In this document: piece after piece, positions 7,139 to 15,745 of the stretch
How positions within the stretch are numbered: position 1 is the first letter of the stretch
Layout: every line of letters begins with the position of its first letter
NCBI GenBank assembly: GCA_038740895.1
Contig: JAVYLK010000006.1
Span: 1 to 24,000, forward strand
DNA length: 24,000 nucleotides
DNA from: Candidatus Caldarchaeum sp.
GTDB lineage: Archaea; Thermoproteota; Nitrososphaeria_A; Caldarchaeales; Caldarchaeaceae
Reading direction: 5' to 3'
Program-made: the position numbers and the translations under genes
The notes under the pieces: model-generated
What the model saw: only the letters and a program-made list of their open reading frames with translations
What the model was told of the DNA's origin: nothing
Databases searched by the model: none

Positions 7139-9520
7139 ATGGCGGTCTCCAAGCTTTTTGGAGCCCGTGTAAAAAGGCGTGAAGACCCTCGGCTTCTTAC
7201 GGGGATGGGAAAGTTCACGGCAGACCTGAGACCTCCCAACTGTCTCCACGCTGTGTTCGTCAGGAGCAGCAAGGCTCATGCCAAGATCCGCAGGGTAAAC
7301 GTGGACGAGGCTTACCGGGTGGAGGGGGTTGTGAAGGTTTTGACGGGGGCTGATCTGTCTGACGGGCTTGCTCCTATTCCGTGCGCATGGCTCATTCCTA
7401 ACTCGGGTCTCAAAGTCCCACGGTACACCGCTCTAGCGGTTGACAGAGTGAGGTTCGTGGGAGAGCCTTTCGCAGTCGTCGTAGCGGATTCTTACTACGC
7501 AGCCGTTGATGCTGCCCAGCTAGTCTCTCTCGAGTACGGATCGATGGATGCAGTGGTAAACCCTGAGGAAGCCGTGAAGCCAGGAGCTCCGCAGCTGTAC
7601 GACGACATCCCAAACAACACGGCGTTCACATGGCGGGCTTCAGGCGGGGAGATGGATGAGGCGTTTTCCCAAGCAGACCACGTCGTCAAGACCAAGATGG
7701 TGAACAGCAGGCTTCAGCCGACGGCGCTTGAGACACGTGGAGCCGTCGCCGAATACAACAGGCTTACGGGCGAGGCGACCGTTTACATGACTTCGCAGAA
7801 CCCCCATGTTCACAGGCTTCTCCTCTCCATCATCACCGGCATTCCGGAGTCGAAGCTTAGGGTCGTAGCTCCTGACGTGGGCGGAGGGTTCGGAAGCAAG
7901 ATTCAGTGCTACCCTGCCGAGGCTGTTGTGCTGCATCTCGCCAGAATGACGGGAAGACCCGTGAAGTGGGTAGAGACAAGGGAGGAGAACCTAAAGTCAA
8001 CCATACACGGCAGGGACCATGTCCAGTACGTCGAGGCAGCAGCTACGAAGAACGGCGAGGTTCTCGGGCTCAGGGTGAAGTCTTACGCCAACCTGGGGGC
8101 CTACCTATCGACAGCAGCCCCCGGAGTACCCACGATTCTTTTCGGAACGATGCTCAGCGGCCCCTACCGAATTAAGGCCGTCTCAGCCGAGGTCGTCGGC
8201 GTTCTGACGAACACGGCCCCCGTCGACGCATACAGGGGTGCCGGCAGGCCTGAGGCCACCTACTTGCTCGAGCGTGTCATGGACCTAGTTGCGAGAAGAG
8301 TCGGGCTCGACCCGGCTGAAGTGCGTTCACGCAACTTCATACCTTCGAACATGTTTCCTTACACAGCCCATCCAGCTGGGCTGACGTACGACAGCGGAGA
8401 CTACCACAAGGCGTTTAATCGAGCTTTGGAGCTGGCGGATTACTGGAATATGAGAAGGAGGCAGGCGGAGCTTAGGAGTAAAGGCAGGCTAGTTGGGTTG
8501 GGTATTTCAAGCTACGTTGAGATATGCGGGCTTGGACCCTCTTCCGTCGCCAGGGGGACCGGGTTCGGGCTCGGCCTCTGGGAGAGTGCAGTTGTGAGGG
8601 TGCATCCGACTGGGAAGGTTAAGGTTTACACGGGGGCAAGCCCCCACGGACAGGGCGAGGAGACGACGCTGGCTCAAGTCGTAGCCGACCAGCTTCAGAT
8701 ACCTTTTGAAGACGTCGAGATAATCCACGGGGACACCGAGATGACTCCATTCGGTCTCGGAACTTACGGCAGCAGGACGACGCCCGTGGCGGGCGGAGCC
8801 ATAGCTACGGCGTGCCATAAAATCCTGTCGAAGGCGAAGAAGGTGGCGGCCCACATGCTGGAGGCGAGGGAGGAGGACATCGAGTACGAGAGCGGCAGGT
8901 TTTACGTCAAGGATGCGCAGGACAGAGCGAAATCGTTTGCGGAGGTGGCCTACGCATGCTACGCAGCAGGTTCGAACGAGCTTCCGAGCGGGCTTGAGCC
9001 GGGGCTGGAGGCCAGCGTGTTCTACGACCCGCCCAACTTCACTTTCCCGTTCGGAACTCATGTCTGTCTCACGGAGGTCGACCCTGAGACGGGCAGAGTC
9101 TCAATCTTGAAGTATGTTGCAGTTGATGACTGCGGAAGAAGGATAAACCCGATGATAGTCGAGGGCCAGATACACGGAGGAATAGCTCAGGGAGTTGCTC
9201 AAGCTCTGTACGAGGAGGCTGTGTACGACACGGCGGGAAACCTGCTCACAGCCAGCTTGAACGACTACCTCGTCCCCTCAGCCTGTGAAGTACCCAGCAT
9301 CATCTCCGACGAAACCATCACACCATCGCCGTCAAACCCTCTCGGCGTGAAAGGGGTAGGGGAGACGGGAACCATCGCTTCAACTCCAGCCGTCGTCAAC
9401 TCGGTGGTCGACGCCCTGTCGCATTTAGGCGTCCTCCACATAGACATGCCGCTGACGCATGAGAAGGTGCTGAATGCTTTGAACCCTAGACGGCATCACA
9501 GCGGGCCCGGTGGGACTTGA
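7139..9520 (+). CDS. Xanthine dehydrogenase/aerobic CO dehydrogenase family molybdopterin-binding large subunit (form II CoxL-like)
   Basis: 793 codons. N-terminus GARVKRREDPRLLTGMGKFTADL. Active-site loop AYRGAGR (nt 8228-8248) is the form-II type, not the form-I AYRCSFR. GHGQGEETTLAQVVAD and DDCGRRINPMIVEGQIHGG are typical of the family. Confidence 0.85.
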   Translation: MAVSKLFGARVKRREDPRLLTGMGKFTADLRPPNCLHAVFVRSSKAHAKIRRVNVDEAYRVEGVVKVLTGADLSDGLAPIPCAWLIPNSGLKVPRYTALAVDRVRFVGEPFAVVVADSYYAAVDAAQLVSLEYGSMDAVVNPEEAVKPGAPQLYDDIPNNTAFTWRASGGEMDEAFSQADHVVKTKMVNSRLQPTALETRGAVAEYNRLTGEATVYMTSQNPHVHRLLLSIITGIPESKLRVVAPDVGGGFGSKIQCYPAEAVVLHLARMTGRPVKWVETREENLKSTIHGRDHVQYVEAAATKNGEVLGLRVKSYANLGAYLSTAAPGVPTILFGTMLSGPYRIKAVSAEVVGVLTNTAPVDAYRGAGRPEATYLLERVMDLVARRVGLDPAEVRSRNFIPSNMFPYTAHPAGLTYDSGDYHKAFNRALELADYWNMRRRQAELRSKGRLVGLGISSYVEICGLGPSSVARGTGFGLGLWESAVVRVHPTGKVKVYTGASPHGQGEETTLAQVVADQLQIPFEDVEIIHGDTEMTPFGLGTYGSRTTPVAGGAIATACHKILSKAKKVAAHMLEAREEDIEYESGRFYVKDAQDRAKSFAEVAYACYAAGSNELPSGLEPGLEASVFYDPPNFTFPFGTHVCLTEVDPETGRVSILKYVAVDDCGRRINPMIVEGQIHGGIAQGVAQALYEEAVYDTAGNLLTASLNDYLVPSACEVPSIISDETITPSPSNPLGVKGVGETGTIASTPAVVNSVVDALSHLGVLHIDMPLTHEKVLNALNPRRHHSGPGGT

Positions 9521-9604
9521 ACCCACGGCCTCCGGCTCCGCAGGCCGGCGCTGTAGGAACAGGTGCTGACCAAGTTCTCTCTATCCATTCTGAGCTACGG
9601 GCCC
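9502..9604 (-). tRNA. tRNA-Arg (anticodon GCG) with a non-canonical intron in the D arm
   Basis: Reverse complement reads GGGCCCG-TA-GCTC-AGAATGGATA-GAG[28-nt insert]C-G-CCGGC-CTGCGGA-GCCGG-AGGCC-GTGGG-TTCAAGT-CCCAC-CGGGCCC-G. The insert (9551-9578, boundary ambiguous by 1-2 nt) interrupts the 3' strand of the D stem. Mature length 75. Confidence 0.8.
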
Positions 9605-9625
9605 GTATGTAGGAATCTGCTCCGG

Positions 9626-9633
9626 TTTATAAA
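9626..9633 (-). promoter_or_regulatory. TATA box for tRNA-Arg(GCG)
   Basis: TTTATAAA (palindromic) is centred ~26 nt upstream of the tRNA 5' end at 9604. Confidence 0.55.
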
Positions 9634-9730
9634 TCATTAAAGAGCCGGCTTCTCAGCGAGGCAGGATGAAGATCCCTGTTGAGCAGGCCGGAAGCACGCC
9701 CGCAGACCCTTCGAGACTCGGGCATTTGTC

Positions 9731-10510
9731 TTATCTGTAGGCCCAGCCGACGAGGCTTTTCTCAAGCAGCGCGAAGACGAGGAAAAGGCTTATCCCTAAG
9801 AAGGATATGACCAGCAGGCCTGCGAAGACCAGCGGGACGTCAAACCTTGAGCTGGCCGCTATCATCAAGTATCCAGTGCCTTCGTTGCTCGCAACGGTTT
9901 CGGATATGACTGCGCCCACGAACGCCAGCGTCGAAGCTACCTTGAGAGAGCCGAAGAAGTAGGGCAGGGAACGCGGTATGCCTATTTTGACGAATATCTG
10001 GCTCTTCGACGCTCCTAGCGAACGGAGGACGTCCCTTATCTCTGGCTCGATTGTCGCTAAAGCGATGGCCACGTTGACAACAATCGGGAAGAAAGAGATG
10101 AGGAAAGCTGTTAGTATGGCCGGCACCTTGCCGACGCCGAGCCATATTACTAGGATGGGGACTATCGCCACCTTCGGAATCGTGTTGAAAGCTACTAGTA
10201 GTGGGTAGACAGCCCGGTAGACCACGATTGAGTATCCGACGGCTAGGCCGAGGCCGAGGCCGAAGACTATCGACATGCCGAAGCCTATCAAGGTTGCTTC
10301 GAGCGTGGCGTACGAGTGCTTGATGATTATGTCGAGGTTTTTTTCAAGCGAGTAGATCACCCTCGTGGGGGGTGGTAGGATGAACTCCGGTATGTTGAGG
10401 GCAATAGTGACAGCTTCCCAGCCGACGAAAAACCCGACGAAGACAAGCACTGGGAGACCATATTCCTTGAGGGCAGAAGACACAAGCGACGAGACCGGCT
10501 GCTTAGCCAT
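9731..10510 (-). CDS. ABC transporter permease (NitT/TauT, SsuC/TauC-like)
   Basis: 259 codons with 6 hydrophobic helices. Binding-protein-dependent transport motif region: EPEIRDVLRSLGASKSQIFVKIGIPRSLPYF. The ATG directly abuts the stop of the upstream ATPase gene. Confidence 0.85.
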   Translation of the reverse strand: MAKQPVSSLVSSALKEYGLPVLVFVGFFVGWEAVTIALNIPEFILPPPTRVIYSLEKNLDIIIKHSYATLEATLIGFGMSIVFGLGLGLAVGYSIVVYRAVYPLLVAFNTIPKVAIVPILVIWLGVGKVPAILTAFLISFFPIVVNVAIALATIEPEIRDVLRSLGASKSQIFVKIGIPRSLPYFFGSLKVASTLAFVGAVISETVASNEGTGYLMIAASSRFDVPLVFAGLLVISFLGISLFLVFALLEKSLVGWAYR

Positions 10511-11296
10511 TCACTTCACCTGTATCATTTCCCTGAGGCTGTGAGTCATGTTCACAAACCTCTCCTCGTAGCATATGTCTAGCTCCCGAGGTCTTTCGAA
10601 CCTAGGCTCAACCACGCCGATGATTTTACCAGGTCTCCTGCTCATGACGTACACCTTGTCCGACAGGTAGAGGGACTCCCTGAGGTCGTGGGTGACCATC
10701 ACGACCGTGCATCTTGTCCGGAGCCATAGGCTCTGAAGAACGTTCCAGAGCTCTTCACGGGTAAACAGGTCGAGGGCGCCGAACGGCTCGTCGAGCAGGA
10801 GTATTGCTGGGTCGTGGATTAGCGCTCTGCAGAGCGAGACCCGCTGCTGCATCCCGCCAGATAGCTCCCACGGCTTTCTTTCTGAGAACCCTTCCAGCCC
10901 TACGGTCTTGAGCAGGTTTAGAGCCTTCTCAACGTATTCTTTTTTCTTGTCGTTAAACCTGGACTTGTGGGGTTCGACGACCTCGAGAGGAAGCAGCACG
11001 TTCTGGAGCACTGTTCTCCAAGGGAGCAGCACAGGGTTTTGGAAAGCCATGCCAACGATCGAGAGCGGCTTCTCGACGAGGTTGTTGTTGACGTAAACTC
11101 CACCCTCGGTGGGCTTGATCAAGCCTGCTATGAGCTTCAACACGGTCGTCTTCCCACAGCCGCTGGGCCCGACGATGGAGGTGAAGCTGCCCTCCTCCAC
11201 ACGGAGGCTTACTTTCTCAAGAGCCTTGACCGAGACGAAGGTCCTAAACCCCGACTTCGAGAGATACTCCAGAGAGACGTTCTTTAACTCTATCAA
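10511..11296 (-). CDS. ABC transporter ATP-binding protein (NitT/TauT, SsuB/TauB-like)
   Basis: 261 codons with a TTG start. Walker A GPSGCGKTT, signature LSGGMQQRVSLCRAL, Walker B ILLLDEPFGALD, H-loop VTHD. Confidence 0.9.
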   Translation of the reverse strand: MIELKNVSLEYLSKSGFRTFVSVKALEKVSLRVEEGSFTSIVGPSGCGKTTVLKLIAGLIKPTEGGVYVNNNLVEKPLSIVGMAFQNPVLLPWRTVLQNVLLPLEVVEPHKSRFNDKKKEYVEKALNLLKTVGLEGFSERKPWELSGGMQQRVSLCRALIHDPAILLLDEPFGALDLFTREELWNVLQSLWLRTRCTVVMVTHDLRESLYLSDKVYVMSRRPGKIIGVVEPRFERPRELDICYEERFVNMTHSLREMIQVK

Positions 11297-11323
11297 GCCG
11301 ACATCATAAAAATAGGGAGGTTT

Positions 11324-12370
11324 TTAAATGGTTCTCTGTTCCTTGGGCGGCAGGAACCTGTCGGTGAACACTTCGTCCGGCGAGGGCGTCCTAGGCAGGT
11401 TGAAAGCCTCGACCACTGATTTGATCGTCCTCTCCAGCCTGGCCCTGTCAACAGCTCCCAGCCCGTTCCTACGAACCTCCTCCGTCACGATGTTGTCCTT
11501 CAACGCCAGCTTGAGCCTCTCGAGCTCGACGTTCCTGTCAACCGTCGGGTCTTTCCGCTTGACAAAGTCGGCTCCAACGTCCGGGTTTGCTATCACTTCT
11601 TTCAACGCCTTGTTGAAAGCCCTGATGAACCCAGCGACTGCTTCGGGGTTGGACTGGATGAAGTCCTTCCGAGCGACGATGGCGTTGCCGTAAAGCTCGA
11701 CGCCGAAGTCGGTGTACTTGAAAGCCGTTATTCTGTCAGGGTCGACTTTCAGGGCTACAAGGTTGAGGTAGCCTGTGTAGTAGAAGCCGGTGATGGCGTC
11801 AACCTCTCCCTGTACGAGCGAAGGCTCCCTGAGAGCTGGCGACATGCTGACCCACTGCACTTTGGAGGCATCTATGCCCGTTGCCTTGGCGAACACGGGG
11901 AACAGCCTTCGCGGAGCATCTCCTTCGGGAGCGCCTATCTTCTTCCCTTCAAGGGCCTTGGGGTTCGTTATGCCTTTGTCCTTTAGAGTTATCACCGAGT
12001 AGGGTGGGTTGTTGAGAACCATGTAGACGGCGACAAGCTCCTGCCCGGGGTTTTTGACGTTGAACTCTATCAAGGCGTCGATGCTGCCGTACCCCATCTG
12101 GTAAGCCCCTGAAGCAACCTTGGTAATTGTGTCGGCTGAGCCGTAGCCTCTGTCCATGATGACCGCCAACCCCTCTTCGACGAAGTAGCCCTTCTCCAGA
12201 GCAACGATGAAAGGCGCCTGAGGCCCTTGCACAGCCCAGTCGAGCACGAACTTCACGGAGACTATTCTAGGGGCTTGAGTCGGCATAACGACGGGGCTCA
12301 GGAAAATTCCAGCAACCAACCCGACAACTAGGAAGACGCCGGCTGTGGCCAAAAGTTTTCCCGACACCAT
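11324..12370 (-). CDS. ABC transporter substrate-binding protein (NMT1/THI5-like, SsuA/TauA family), membrane-anchored
   Basis: 348 codons. An N-terminal anchor helix is followed by VKFVLDWAVQGPQAPFIVALEKGYFVEEGLAV...GYGSADTITKVASGAYQMGYG, the NMT1/SsuA pattern. Confidence 0.8.
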   Translation of the reverse strand: MVSGKLLATAGVFLVVGLVAGIFLSPVVMPTQAPRIVSVKFVLDWAVQGPQAPFIVALEKGYFVEEGLAVIMDRGYGSADTITKVASGAYQMGYGSIDALIEFNVKNPGQELVAVYMVLNNPPYSVITLKDKGITNPKALEGKKIGAPEGDAPRRLFPVFAKATGIDASKVQWVSMSPALREPSLVQGEVDAITGFYYTGYLNLVALKVDPDRITAFKYTDFGVELYGNAIVARKDFIQSNPEAVAGFIRAFNKALKEVIANPDVGADFVKRKDPTVDRNVELERLKLALKDNIVTEEVRRNGLGAVDRARLERTIKSVVEAFNLPRTPSPDEVFTDRFLPPKEQRTI

Positions 12371-12406
12371 GCAAATAAACGTGTTCTTGAGGGTTATTAA
12401 ATATTT

Positions 12407-12760
12407 CTAGAAGCTGACCACGTAGTATCCTTTCTCGGCGGCTTCAACCACCACTGTAGTCGAGTCGTCTGCGATTACTAGGTTTCTGTCGATTTTATCA
12501 TCTAGGTTGTAGGCCTTGAGGTTTCCTGCGCAGGCCGCCACATATGCCCGGGCCTCGTTCAAGGCTGTTAGATAGTCTTTGACCAGCTTGTAGTGGGGGT
12601 TATGCGGGTCGAGTAGATGGACGCCGGGGCCTAGGAATAGCATTCTGACCTCTGCCATCCTCTCCCTCGCCATGTTTCTTGCGATGCGTAAACCCTGCCT
12701 AGCCTTATCAATCTCCTCGGGGCCTGAGAGAATTATGAACAGAACTTTCAAGCCGGCCAA
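12407..12760 (-). CDS. DsrE/DsrF-like family protein
   Basis: 117 codons. The TTG start at 12760 lies 3 nt after the leuS stop. LKVLFIILSGPEEIDKARQGLRIARNMA...VRMLFLGPGVHLL fits the DsrE-like fold pattern, and a conserved-looking Cys sits in YVAACAGN. Confidence 0.55.
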   Translation of the reverse strand: MAGLKVLFIILSGPEEIDKARQGLRIARNMARERMAEVRMLFLGPGVHLLDPHNPHYKLVKDYLTALNEARAYVAACAGNLKAYNLDDKIDRNLVIADDSTTVVVEAAEKGYYVVSF

Positions 12761-12763
12761 TTT

Positions 12764-15733
12764 CTATGACCTCGAGACGTAAACCGCTGGCTTGAGCGGA
12801 ATGGATTGGGAGGCTTTCAAGGCCTCGGCTGTGCCCGACGCATCATCCTCGTTGAGCACGACGACGTCTACACGAATCTCCTGCTTGATTAGCTCGGCAG
12901 CCTGAACCCATATGTTTTCCTCAACCCTGAGAAGCTTAGCCAAAGCTTCCTTCCGGTCCCCAGCCCCCAAGACTTTAGAGTATTCTCCGCACAGGTCTTC
13001 GACAGCCTTCAGCCTCTCCACAACTCTCGTCATGAGACGCTGGGCAACAGCCAGCTTATCACGGTGATGCTCCTTGAGCCATCCAAATGCATCGCTTGGC
13101 GAGGACCTTAGCAGGCGCTCAGCGAGACTAACCTTCCAGCCTGCGGCCTTAAAGATCTTTATCACAGCAGGCTTCCCCTTGACCACCTTCAGTATCTCCC
13201 TAACGTCGGCCATCAGCTCTCTCAGAACATCTTCGTGGACGAGTGAGAAAACACTGTCCTCGTCTACTCCTGTTTCTGGCCATCGGTGTGTTGACGCATA
13301 CCCCTCCCCACGTAGATTTCGCCAAGCCTCCTCCGCTGCGAAGGGTGCGAAGGGTGAGAGCAGTAGTGTCCAGACCTTGACGAACTTCTTCCCTGCTTCG
13401 TTTATTCTGCCGTTGTTTCTCCGGAGCCACCACCTCCATATGTTGAGCATGCCGTAGACAGCCTCGTTGCAAGCCGTTCTTGTCTTCATCTTTTCCAAGG
13501 CGTTCTCGACATTCTTCAGCACCATGCTCGTCGACACGCTGAGCCATTTGTCCGCAGGCCCCTCCCGGGCTTCAACATCCTGCTTGCACCTGTCAACTAT
13601 CGACAGGAAGTTTTGGATGAACTGTTCAGCCTCCTCAACGTTCTTCAAACGCCAGTCGGGGTCGTCCAGCTCTTCAGCTCCCAGCAGCAAGGCCAGGCGG
13701 GTTGCGTCTGCGCCGTGTCTCATGACAGCCGTCTTCAAGGTAATGAAGTTCCCCCTACTCTTCGACATCTTCTCGCCCTCGACCGAGACCATGCCGTTAA
13801 CGCTGATGCTCCGGGGCCAGTGTCTTCTCTCGAATATCCCGGCGTGGTGGAATAGGTAGAAGGTAAGGTGGTTAGGGACTAGGTCTTTGCCTGAAACGCG
13901 AAGGTCGACGCCGTACCAGTATGTGAATTCGTCCCTCATTTTCTTTAGCAGGTTTAGGTCGATGCCGTGTCTTTCGGCTATCTGGGCTGGGTCTCCTTCT
14001 CCTAGAAAGACGTAGTCGAGGACTTCAGGCGTGATTCTCGAAGCTACTTCGCGATGCTTGTTGAGTATGCTGCTTACTGTGTACAGAGCCGGGTAGATGG
14101 TTGAGTCGCTCAGCGTCTCGATCTTCCACGAGGGGTCCCATGGAAGCGGAGTTCCCAATCCTGTCTTGCGTGTGCAGGCCCAGTCCTTGAGCCAGTCTAC
14201 GACGTTGAAGAACCATGTCCTGACGGCTTCGGGGTATATCCCCATCTCGGCTAGGTGAGTCCTGACCTTCTCCTTCCATTCACGGTTTGAAAACTTGAGA
14301 AACCACTGGTCTTCCACGATCTTGACTATGCACTCGTCCCCAGACCTGCAAACCACCTTTCCAGACAGGTCGTAGAAGAGCTGCCCCCTACCCTCTGTCA
14401 TGAGTTTCTGCTGTACTTCCTTCCTAGCCTGCGAGACTGGAAGACCTTTGTACTCCCCAGCGTACATCACACCTGTGTGGAATTCTTTCGAGTAAATCTC
14501 CCTAGTTGCTTCATCCAGCCTCTCGTCAAGCTGGCTAGTTATCTTCATCTTCTCCACGATCTCGACGGCTGGAAACTCTCCGTAGCCCTCAACCGACACC
14601 ACCTTGACAGGCTTCAAGCTGTCTAGGCATGAAGGGTTCAAACCGTACTGCGAAAGAGCTTGGGGGGCTTGAGCCAGTTCTCGAAGTGCTACGTAGTCGT
14701 AGGGGGCGTGGGCGGGGACGCTGTAGACAACTCCCGTGCCCATGGACGGGTCTACGAACGGAGCTGGGAGTATGACCATCTCCCTGCCTGTTAGAGGAGC
14801 CCTAGCGTATCTCCCAATAAGCTGCCGGGCTGAAACCGTGTCGACTACCGAGACATCCTGCCACTGCTCCACGAACTTGTTGAAAGCCTCTCGGCTAACC
14901 AGAAACCTCACCCCGTTCTTTTCAAACACTTGATAGACTGCGTCGGGGTTGACCCAGAGGTTTGTAGCTCCGTACAGCGTCTCAGGCCTTAGCGTTGCAG
15001 CGACTATGTTCACGCCGTCCATGTCGAAAAACACTAGAGTAAACTCCTCAGGGTAAATCCCCTCCCCACGCAGCCGGTCGTGGTCTCCCGTTGCGCTCTG
15101 GCATCTTGGACACCAGACGACGGGGTGGCGGCCCTTGGAGACAAGACCTTTTCTTGATAAAACGCTGTACTGCCAGTTGATGAAGTTGCTGTAGTATGGG
15201 TGGAGGCTCGTTGTGTAGAATTCTCTCGTCCAGTCGACCGACCATCCTATAGCGTCGACCACTTGCCTGTTCTCGGCTGTGTAGTAGGCGCATATGAACT
15301 CGGGGTTCTCAAAGTATTCGAGAAGGTCTTCACGAACACCGTCGATCTCTACTAGCATTTTTCTTATGGCTTGGTCTCCTCGCCGCAGCCGCTCGCTCGT
15401 CCCAGCCACCGCCTCTCCCGTCCAGTGCCACGCCCACGGAAAAAGGACGTTGTACCCCTTCATCCGCTTATAACGGGCTATCACATCGCCCCGAGTGAAG
15501 GTGAAGCCGTGGCCTAGGTGGAGTGGGCCGTTTTGGTAGGAGTAGGGGACGCAGATGAAGAATTTAGGCCTAGAATTATCAGGCTCGGCTTCGAAGAGTC
15601 TAGCAGCCTTCCACTCGGCCGACCAGCTTGCTTCGTAAGCTTTCGACGAAGCAATCCTAGACCTAGCTCCAAGCATGAAGCCTAGGCTAACTAACTCCTC
15701 AGGCCTGCGCGTCAACCTGTCTCCGAATGACAA
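12764..15733 (-). CDS. leuS: Leucine--tRNA ligase (archaeal type)
   Basis: 989-codon ORF. HIGH motif (HLGHGFTF) and KMSKS are present. Blocks matching archaeal LeuRS as I remember it: FPWAWHWTGEAV, DWTREFYTTSL, ATLRPETLYG, LSDSTIY, GKDLVPNHLTF and a C-terminal IPLKPAVYV. The ORF-track start is TTG 15733. ATG 15676 (MLGARSRIASSKAYEASWSAEW...) fits the usual N-terminus better. Confidence 0.95.
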   Translation of the reverse strand: MSFGDRLTRRPEELVSLGFMLGARSRIASSKAYEASWSAEWKAARLFEAEPDNSRPKFFICVPYSYQNGPLHLGHGFTFTRGDVIARYKRMKGYNVLFPWAWHWTGEAVAGTSERLRRGDQAIRKMLVEIDGVREDLLEYFENPEFICAYYTAENRQVVDAIGWSVDWTREFYTTSLHPYYSNFINWQYSVLSRKGLVSKGRHPVVWCPRCQSATGDHDRLRGEGIYPEEFTLVFFDMDGVNIVAATLRPETLYGATNLWVNPDAVYQVFEKNGVRFLVSREAFNKFVEQWQDVSVVDTVSARQLIGRYARAPLTGREMVILPAPFVDPSMGTGVVYSVPAHAPYDYVALRELAQAPQALSQYGLNPSCLDSLKPVKVVSVEGYGEFPAVEIVEKMKITSQLDERLDEATREIYSKEFHTGVMYAGEYKGLPVSQARKEVQQKLMTEGRGQLFYDLSGKVVCRSGDECIVKIVEDQWFLKFSNREWKEKVRTHLAEMGIYPEAVRTWFFNVVDWLKDWACTRKTGLGTPLPWDPSWKIETLSDSTIYPALYTVSSILNKHREVASRITPEVLDYVFLGEGDPAQIAERHGIDLNLLKKMRDEFTYWYGVDLRVSGKDLVPNHLTFYLFHHAGIFERRHWPRSISVNGMVSVEGEKMSKSRGNFITLKTAVMRHGADATRLALLLGAEELDDPDWRLKNVEEAEQFIQNFLSIVDRCKQDVEAREGPADKWLSVSTSMVLKNVENALEKMKTRTACNEAVYGMLNIWRWWLRRNNGRINEAGKKFVKVWTLLLSPFAPFAAEEAWRNLRGEGYASTHRWPETGVDEDSVFSLVHEDVLRELMADVREILKVVKGKPAVIKIFKAAGWKVSLAERLLRSSPSDAFGWLKEHHRDKLAVAQRLMTRVVERLKAVEDLCGEYSKVLGAGDRKEALAKLLRVEENIWVQAAELIKQEIRVDVVVLNEDDASGTAEALKASQSIPLKPAVYVSRS

Positions 15734-15745
15734 ATGGTGGTTAAT

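Noticed and set aside
8507-9061. 184-aa minus-strand ORF inside the CoxL-like gene
   Set aside because: It lies antisense to a strongly motif-supported molybdoenzyme frame and has an Arg-rich, low-complexity translation.
6730-9520. Idea that tatA sits next to the CoxL-like gene because the latter is a Tat substrate
   Set aside because: The KRRED segment at the CoxL-like N-terminus is the conserved family N-terminus. It is not a twin-arginine signal: there is no S/T-RRxFLK motif followed by a hydrophobic h-region. The genes are also divergent and separated by a tRNA.
9661-9730. Short ORFs in the spacer: 24 aa on the plus strand from ATG 9666, and ~32 aa on the minus strand
   Set aside because: They have no motifs, no ribosome-binding or promoter context, and sit within an inverted-repeat region. 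They are too weak to call.
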